Of a stretch of 64,000 bases of DNA, positions 57,745-64,000 are shown piece by piece; the stretch's first letter is position 1; each line of letters starts with the position of its first letter. This DNA is from Myxococcota bacterium (GTDB taxonomy: Bacteria > Myxococcota_A > UBA9042 > PHBI01 > JAWLBL01): positions 145,710 through 209,709 of the forward strand of contig JAWLBL010000001.1 of NCBI GenBank assembly GCA_041687695.1, in the 5' to 3' direction. Under the pieces are notes generated by a model, which had not been told where the DNA came from, searched no databases, and saw only the letters and a list, made by a program, of their open reading frames with translations. Made by a program: the position numbers and the translations under genes.

Positions 57745-58821
57745 ATGGACTGGCTGGATCACGTCACCTACGGCAACTCGCTGCGCACCTGGCTCCTGGC
57801 CCTGGTCGTGGCCGCCGCGACGTACGCCGGCCTCAAGGCGCTCGAGTGGCTGGTCCTCAAGCGCGTCGCGCAGTTCACCAAGGGCACGAAGAACCGGCTT
57901 GACGATCTGGCCCTCGGGGTCCTCGGGCACACGCGCCCGTGGTTCCTGGCCGTCATGGCCTTGTTCGCGGGCTCGCAGCTGCTCCTGCTGCCCGGCAAGG
58001 CGAGCAGCCTCGTCAGCCTCGTCGCGGTCCTGACGCTGGTGGCGCAGGCCATCCTGTGGGGCAACGCCGCCATCGGCCTGTTCGTCGAGGACTACGCCGC
58101 GCGCCGCCTCGAGCACGACGCCGCCAGCGCCACCACCGTGAAGTTCCTGGGCTTTCTGGCGCGGCTGGTCCTCGTCGTCATCCTGCTCCTGGTGGCCCTC
58201 GACACGCTGGGCGTCGACATCACGGCGCTCGTCGCCGGCCTCGGCATCGGCGGCATCGCCATCGCGCTCGCCGCCCAGACCATCCTGGGCGATCTCTTCG
58301 CCTCGCTCTCCATCGTGCTCGACAAGCCGTTCGTCATCGGCGACTTCATCATCGTCGACACGCTGATGGGCACCGTCGAGCACATCGGCCTCAAGACGAC
58401 CCGCGTGCGCAGCCTGTCGGGCGAGCAGCTCGTCTTCGCGAACGCCGATCTCCTCAAGAGCCGCGTCCGCAACTACAAGCGGATGTTCGAGCGGCGCATC
58501 GTGTTCGGCTTCGGCGTCACCTACGACACGCCGCCCGAGACCCTGCGCCGCATCCCCGAGCTGTGCCGCCAGCTGGTCGAGGCCTTGCCCGACACGCGCT
58601 TCGACCGTGCCCACTTCGCCAAGTTCGGCCCGTCGTCGCTGGACTTCGAGGTCGTCTACTACCTGCTCGTCCCCGACTACGGCGTCTACATGGACCGCCA
58701 GCAGGCCATCAACCTGGGCCTGGTCGAAGGCCTCGCCGAGCTGCAGGTCGAGTTCGCCTTCCCGACCCAGACCCTGTACGTCAAGCCCGAGCCCAGCGAG
58801 CCGCCCGCGCAGGGACGCTGA
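57745..58821 (+). CDS. MscS-family mechanosensitive channel
   Basis: GLGIGGIAIALAAQ, DKPFVIGD, GTVEHIGLKTT, FAFPTQT. Confidence 0.92.
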   Translation: MDWLDHVTYGNSLRTWLLALVVAAATYAGLKALEWLVLKRVAQFTKGTKNRLDDLALGVLGHTRPWFLAVMALFAGSQLLLLPGKASSLVSLVAVLTLVAQAILWGNAAIGLFVEDYAARRLEHDAASATTVKFLGFLARLVLVVILLLVALDTLGVDITALVAGLGIGGIAIALAAQTILGDLFASLSIVLDKPFVIGDFIIVDTLMGTVEHIGLKTTRVRSLSGEQLVFANADLLKSRVRNYKRMFERRIVFGFGVTYDTPPETLRRIPELCRQLVEALPDTRFDRAHFAKFGPSSLDFEVVYYLLVPDYGVYMDRQQAINLGLVEGLAELQVEFAFPTQTLYVKPEPSEPPAQGR

Positions 58822-58831
58822 CCGGCCCGCC

Positions 58832-59083
58832 TCAGCCCGGCTCGGCCGCCAGGTCCTCGCCCAGCTCGAAGTACTTGCAGAAGGCCAGCGCGCCGCTGGG
58901 TTCGATGGCGCGGTGCTCGCCCACCAGGAAGTGGTTCGGGTAGCCCATCGAGCAGCTCCAGCTGGCCCGGTGCAGGTGGGCGCAGCCGTCGCAGCGGAAC
59001 ACCAGGCCGTAACGCGCCGCCTCCTCGCGGAAGCGCTCGTTGGCGCCCGCGATGTCGCGCAGATCGTCGTCGGTCGCCCTCAT
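58832..59083 (-). CDS. Small Cys-rich hypothetical protein
   Basis: CDGCAH..CSMGYP..FCKYFE; ATGA coupling with the upstream gene. Confidence 0.65.
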   Translation of the reverse strand: MRATDDDLRDIAGANERFREEAARYGLVFRCDGCAHLHRASWSCSMGYPNHFLVGEHRAIEPSGALAFCKYFELGEDLAAEPG

Positions 59084-59805
59084 GGCCGCTGCTCCTCGAG
59101 CCGGGTCTTCTGCGCCATCCACGCGTCCCGCTGCGCCGGCGTCGAGATGCGCCGCCCCGCCCGCGCGTGGGCCGCCAGGCGGCGCTGCGGGTCGGGCGTC
59201 AGCTCGGCCTCGACCCACGCCGCGAGGAACCCCTCGTCGCCCAGGGCCGGCAGCAGCTCGCGCGCCTCGTCCACGCGCCCGGCGTCCAGCAGCAGCAGGG
59301 CCGCGAAGGGCGTCAGCCCCCCGACCTCGCCCGCCGCCAGCGGCCGCCGCGCCCAGCGCAGCGCCACCTCCGGACGCCCGCCGCGGCACGCCGTCCACGC
59401 CAGCGCCGCCTGCACCGGCCGCGCCGGCTCGAGCTGCTCGTCGCCGACCCGCAGCGCCGGCGTCCGCCCCAGCACGTGCCGGGTCAGAAACCGCTGCGCC
59501 GACTTCGCGTCCACCGCGCGGCCGCCCGCCGGGTGGAACACGCGCCGCGCCTCGCCCAGCAGCCGGTCCAGCGCCCGCGCCAGCGCGTCGTGGGCCCGCC
59601 CGAGCCGCTTCGGGTCGCTGCCCGCCCGGTCCATCGCGACGAACGCGCTCCGATAGGGCGCCAGCTGGCGGACCGGGTCCTTGGGGCCCGGCAGGTGCTC
59701 GAGCAGCGCGCACGGCTCGCCCCCCGCCGGGGGCGCGGCGAGGGCGGGCCCGACCGCGAGGGTCGCGAGCAGTGAGGCCAAGACGAGACGGCGGGCGGGT
59801 GTCAC
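59080..59805 (-). CDS. Exported helical/TPR-like hypothetical protein
   Basis: Signal peptide (ALA-A), GRVDEARELL motif. Start uncertain. Confidence 0.55.
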   Translation of the reverse strand: MTPARRLVLASLLATLAVGPALAAPPAGGEPCALLEHLPGPKDPVRQLAPYRSAFVAMDRAGSDPKRLGRAHDALARALDRLLGEARRVFHPAGGRAVDAKSAQRFLTRHVLGRTPALRVGDEQLEPARPVQAALAWTACRGGRPEVALRWARRPLAAGEVGGLTPFAALLLLDAGRVDEARELLPALGDEGFLAAWVEAELTPDPQRRLAAHARAGRRISTPAQRDAWMAQKTRLEEQRP

Positions 59806-59872
59806 GAGGCGAAAGCTAGCCCGCACGGTGCCGGCTTGCCAAGCCTCGGCGCGGGCCCGATACTCGGCGGCC

Positions 59873-60673
59873 ATGGGTCGAACCGCCGCGCTCCTCATCC
59901 TGCCGGTGGCCGTCGCTTGGGTCACGCTGGGCGGGCTCGCGTCCCCCCTACGCGCCGAACCGAACGCCTCCGAGCCGGACGCCTCCGAGCCGGACGCCCC
60001 CTCCCCCGCCGAGGCACCGAGCGGCTTCGGCCCCGAGGACTACGTCCGGGTCGTCCTCGAGGCCCCGGGCCCGACGCCCTTCCACGAGATCCGCTACGAG
60101 GTCGTGCGCCGCGGCCCCGCCGCCGCCGCCATGCACCGCCGCGAGCTGCCCGGCCACGGCGAGTCGCTGCACGGCATGGCCCTGCTGACCCGCGACGAGG
60201 AGGCCGCCCTGCGCGCCCTCATCGATCGCGCGGGGGCCCTGACCCTGCCCGACGCCCCGGCCCTGCCCGCGCAACCCGGCGCCGAGGGCCTGCAGTGGCG
60301 CGTCGAGCTTTCGCTGGACGGCCGGACGCACCGCTTCCGCGTCCGCGACCCCATCAACCAGCCCGACCGCCGCTACTGGGCGCTGGTCGGCGGCGTCCGC
60401 GACGTCGTCCGCCGCCACGCGGGCGAGCAGCCCTTCCGCAACGTCTTCTTCGACCCCGGCCACCTGGGCTGGGTCAACCTGGTCTCGGTCCCCGCGGCGC
60501 GCGTCTGGGTCGACGGCTTCGACACGCGCCTCGAGACGCCGCTGTACGGCTACGAGCTGCGCGCGGGCGCCCACGAGGTGCGCCTGGTCAGCCTCGACGG
60601 CGCCTGGGACCGCACCTACACCATCCGCGTCGAGCCGGGCGGCACGACGCACCTCGCGGTGGACCTGCGATGA
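59873..60673 (+). CDS. Exported protein with C-terminal PEGA domain
   Basis: Signal peptide; SVPAARVWVDG..TPL..L.AG.HEV.L. Confidence 0.7.
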   Translation: MGRTAALLILPVAVAWVTLGGLASPLRAEPNASEPDASEPDAPSPAEAPSGFGPEDYVRVVLEAPGPTPFHEIRYEVVRRGPAAAAMHRRELPGHGESLHGMALLTRDEEAALRALIDRAGALTLPDAPALPAQPGAEGLQWRVELSLDGRTHRFRVRDPINQPDRRYWALVGGVRDVVRRHAGEQPFRNVFFDPGHLGWVNLVSVPAARVWVDGFDTRLETPLYGYELRAGAHEVRLVSLDGAWDRTYTIRVEPGGTTHLAVDLR

Positions 60674-60730
60674 CGTGGCGCCTGCCGGACCCGCCGCCGC
60701 CCCCGCGCGCCGAGGTGGACCTTGCGTGAC

Positions 60731-62773
60731 ATGGGCCGGTCCTGGCCTCGCTGGCTGGGGCTCCTCTCCCTGGCGACCCTGGTCTGGTGGGGCGTGTCGG
60801 CCCTCGATCCCGACGCGCAGCGCGTCGAGCGGGTCGCCGCCGCGTCCCTGGCGCGCGCCAGCCTGGGCGCCCTCTCCGAGCACGCCGGCGGCCACGGCCC
60901 CTTGGAGGTCGGCGCGCTCGACCTGCGCTGGAGCCCCGCGTGCGAGACGGGCGGCGCCGACGTCCTCGCCCGCGCCGTCCGCGAGGTGCCGGGCGCGCCG
61001 GGACGCCTCGTCGTCGACTGCGGCCGCGACCACGGCCACATCCGGATGGCCCTGACCCTCGAGGGCCTCGGCGACGGCGCGCCCTGGCTCCACGCGGCCG
61101 ACACCCCCGTGCCCACTGGCGTCTCGCTCCTGCCGGCCATCCTGGTCGTCCTGGTCGCGCTCTTCTTCCGCAACGTCCTGACGGCCCTCTTCGCCGCCAT
61201 CGTCCTCGGCGCCCTGCTCGCCGAGGACCTCGCCATCGGCCCCGCCCTGGAGCGCGCCGCCACCAGCTACCTGTGGGACAGCGCCACCGATCCCTTCAGC
61301 CTCTACATCTTCGGCTTCACCCTCGCCCTGGTCGGCGCCGTCCACGTCTCTATCGCCATGGGCGGCATGCAGGGCGTCGTCGACCGCCTGCGGCGCATGG
61401 CCCGCGGCGTCCGCTCGACCCAGCTCGCCACCGCCCTGATGGGCCTCGCCGTCTTCTTCGACGACTACGCCAACGCGGTCGTCGTCGGCTCGTCCGCCCG
61501 CCCGCTCACCGACGGCCAGCGCATCAGCCGCGAGAAGCTGGCCTGGATCGTCGACTCGACGGCCGCCCCGGTCGCCGGCCTGGCCGTCATCTCGACCTGG
61601 ATCGGCGTCGAGATCCAGCTGTTCGAGCAGCAGCTGCCCTACCTCGGCGGCCAGGCGACCAGCGGCTACGACCTGTTCCTGCAGGTCCTGCCCTACCGCT
61701 TCTACTGCCTGTTCGCGCTGGCCCTGGTCTTCATCGTCGTCCTGACCGGCCGCGACTTCGGCCCCATGCTCGAGGCCGAGCGCCGCGCCCGCGGCGGCCG
61801 CGTCGCGCCGGTCGAGGCCCGCGGCCTGACCGGCCGCCGCCTGTCCGAGACGCTCGCCAAGCCCGGCGCGCGCCCCCGCGCCGTCAACGCCCTGGCGCCC
61901 ATCCTGCTGGTCCTGGTGGGCACCTTCGCCGCCTTCATCACCATCGGCGCCGGCCGCCTCGAGGCCGACGGCCGCGTCCTGTCGCTGCTCAGCCCCGCCG
62001 ACCTCGGCGACGCCTTCATCGCGGTGGGCGACGACAACGTGGCGGTCCTGTTCTGGGCCGCCGTGGCCGGCAGCGTCCTCGCCCTCGCCCTCGCCCTCGT
62101 CCAGCGCCTGCTCACCGTGCGCGAGGCGCTGGTCGCCTGGCTCCACGGCGCGCGCACCATGCTGGTCGCCGTGGCCATCCTCATCCTGGCCTCGGGCATC
62201 CGCAAGGTCACCGAGGACCTCGGCGCCGCCAGCTTCATGGTCGCCCTGATGGGCGACGTCGAGGCCTGGACGCTCCCGGTCGTCACCTTCCTGGTCGCCG
62301 CCGCGGTCGCCTTCAGCACCGGCACCAGCTGGGGCACCATGGGCATCCTGCTGCCCGTCGCCATCCCGCTCGCCGCCGCCGTCACCGCCGAGCAGGGCGG
62401 CGCACCCATCGTCCTGCTGCTCGTCGCCGCCTCCGTCCTCGACGGCGCCATCTTCGGCGACCACTGCTCGGTCATCAGCGACACCACCGTCATGAGCTCG
62501 ACCGCCTGCCACTGCGATCACGTCGCCCACGTCCGCACCCAGATCCCCTACGCCCTGCTGGCCATGGTCGCCGCGGCGGGCGCCGGCTACCTGCTCGCCC
62601 CGCAGCTGGGCGGCGGCCTGGCCGTCCTGGGCTGCCACGCCGCGGGGCTGGCCGCGATGTTGCTCTTCGTGCGGGTCCGTGGCCGCATCGCGCGCGCCGA
62701 GGCCTCGCCCGCCGCGACGCCGGCCGCCGGGGGCGTGCCCGCCTCGAAGGCCGCCGCCGCGCGCGAGCCCTGA
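60731..62773 (+). CDS. NhaC-family Na+/H+ antiporter/transporter with N-terminal extension
   Basis: FFDDYAN, SREKLAWIVDSTAAP, TGTSWGTM, FGDHCS.ISDTT. Confidence 0.9.
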   Translation: MGRSWPRWLGLLSLATLVWWGVSALDPDAQRVERVAAASLARASLGALSEHAGGHGPLEVGALDLRWSPACETGGADVLARAVREVPGAPGRLVVDCGRDHGHIRMALTLEGLGDGAPWLHAADTPVPTGVSLLPAILVVLVALFFRNVLTALFAAIVLGALLAEDLAIGPALERAATSYLWDSATDPFSLYIFGFTLALVGAVHVSIAMGGMQGVVDRLRRMARGVRSTQLATALMGLAVFFDDYANAVVVGSSARPLTDGQRISREKLAWIVDSTAAPVAGLAVISTWIGVEIQLFEQQLPYLGGQATSGYDLFLQVLPYRFYCLFALALVFIVVLTGRDFGPMLEAERRARGGRVAPVEARGLTGRRLSETLAKPGARPRAVNALAPILLVLVGTFAAFITIGAGRLEADGRVLSLLSPADLGDAFIAVGDDNVAVLFWAAVAGSVLALALALVQRLLTVREALVAWLHGARTMLVAVAILILASGIRKVTEDLGAASFMVALMGDVEAWTLPVVTFLVAAAVAFSTGTSWGTMGILLPVAIPLAAAVTAEQGGAPIVLLLVAASVLDGAIFGDHCSVISDTTVMSSTACHCDHVAHVRTQIPYALLAMVAAAGAGYLLAPQLGGGLAVLGCHAAGLAAMLLFVRVRGRIARAEASPAATPAAGGVPASKAAAAREP

Positions 62774-62790
62774 GCCGCGCGAGGAGCCCC

Positions 62791-63609
62791 ATGACCCGAC
62801 TGCAGATCCTGCGCCGAGGCGTCGACCGCCCCCCGGCCGTCGCCGGCCGCTTCTACCCGGACGACCCGCTGGCCCTCGAGGCGCTGGTCGACGCCCTGGT
62901 CGCGCAGGCCCGCGCCCACGTCCCCGGCGGCGAGGACGTCCGGATCGTCCTGTGCCCCCACGCGGGCTACGCCTACTCGGGGCCGACCGCCGGGGCCGCC
63001 TTCGCCGCCGTGCCCGCCGACGTCTCGCGCGTCGTCCTGGTCGGCCCGGCCCACCGGGTCGCCTTCGACGGGGTCAGCGCCGGCGACTTCGCCCACTACG
63101 TGACGCCGCTCGGCGCGCTGGCGGTCGATCGCGAGGCCATCGCCGACCTCGAGTCGCGCAGCCTCGTCACCTGCGTCCCCGAGGCCCACGCGGCCGAGCA
63201 CTGCCTCGAGGTCATCGTGCCGTTCCTGCAGGTCGTCTGCGGCGACCTCGAGATCCTGCCGCTGCTGGTCGGCCGCGCCGGCCCCGAGGCCGTCGACGCG
63301 GTGCTCGAGGCGGCGCTGGCCCCGGGCGACCTGCTCGTCGTCAGCTCGGATCTGTCCCACGGCCTCGGCTACGACGAGGCCTGCGCCCGCGACCGCCGGA
63401 CCCTCGAGGCCGTCGCCTGCGGCGAGTGGCGCCACCTGAGCGGACACGACGCCTGCGGCCACAAGGGGCTCGGCGCGGCCATGCGGCTCGCGGCGCGCCG
63501 CGGCTGGCGCCCCGATCTGCTGGACTACCGCAACTCGGGGGACACCGCCGGGAGCCGTGCCGCGGGGGACTACATCGTCGGCTACGGCGCCGCCTGCTGG
63601 ACCGCGTGA
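62791..63609 (+). CDS. amrB: AmmeMemoRadiSam system protein B (MEMO1 family)
   Basis: RPPAVAGRFYP, PHAGYAYSG, GPAH, EHCLEV, SSDLSH, CG, NSGD, VGY. Confidence 0.9.
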   Translation: MTRLQILRRGVDRPPAVAGRFYPDDPLALEALVDALVAQARAHVPGGEDVRIVLCPHAGYAYSGPTAGAAFAAVPADVSRVVLVGPAHRVAFDGVSAGDFAHYVTPLGALAVDREAIADLESRSLVTCVPEAHAAEHCLEVIVPFLQVVCGDLEILPLLVGRAGPEAVDAVLEAALAPGDLLVVSSDLSHGLGYDEACARDRRTLEAVACGEWRHLSGHDACGHKGLGAAMRLAARRGWRPDLLDYRNSGDTAGSRAAGDYIVGYGAACWTA

Positions 63610-63708
63610 CCTCCGAGGCCGCCCCAGGGCTGGCTTCGGGCTGGAAACACGGGATCCCATCCCCTATAAAGCCCCGGTTACGGTCGTCACCGGGACGTCA
63701 CCTGGTCT

Positions 63709-64000
63709 ATGGAACGAAATCTAGCCGCCTCCGCCGCCCCCTCCCTGGTCACGCCCGCCTCCCGGACGCGCTGGCCGGGCCCGCCGCGCCCGGTCACCCT
63801 GCTCCACGTCGCCGCGCTGCTCGTGCCGCTGAGCCTCATCGTGCTCGGGTGCAAGCTCCACAAGGGGCTGACCCTGTCGAGCGACCTGGGCTTCGGTGAC
63901 GTCGTCGGCCTGCTGGCGCAGGACGTCGGCTTCCTGGGCCTGTACGGCCTGGGCTGGACGGTCGCGCTGGCCGCCGGCGCCGGAAGGCGTTGGCTGCGCT
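63709..64000 (+). CDS. 5' part of a membrane protein, truncated by the window edge
   Basis: Open frame MERNLAAS..LLHVAALLVPLSLIVLGCKL..QDVGFLGLYGLGW with hydrophobic helices. Confidence 0.55.
   Translation, partial: MERNLAASAAPSLVTPASRTRWPGPPRPVTLLHVAALLVPLSLIVLGCKLHKGLTLSSDLGFGDVVGLLAQDVGFLGLYGLGWTVALAAGAGRRWLR

Overview
A very GC-rich window whose gene content (Ser/Thr kinase-PEGA-TPR operon, Cys-rich lipoproteins, sigma54 regulator, many signalling proteins) suggests a Myxococcota/Deltaproteobacteria-like genome; this is inferred, not shown. Most of it is ordinary chromosome: plsB, pdhA-pdhB-pdhC-lpdA, aguA-aguB, cyaY, a CopA-type ATPase, a GH57 lipoprotein, MscS, NhaC, GGDEF/EAL proteins and others. 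The standout is two diverged copies of an HNH-endonuclease gene (170-1321 and 24080-25300). They share a conserved ~170-nt non-coding leader and are tied to one DNA motif, (GTCGTCGT)CCCGGGGCGGA, whose palindromic form is CCGCCCCGGGGCGG. The motif forms a 17-unit tandem array upstream of copy 2, sits at the same position inside both CDSs, and recurs inverted at the 3' end of both genes. Copy 2 lies in a ~3 kb hotspot (22545-25490) that also holds a 9-unit REP-like array, a long hairpin, an AT-rich palindrome abutting the array and a REPIN-like cruciform. None of the arrays has unique spacers, so they are not CRISPR. All calls are from reading the sequence by eye; no searches were run.
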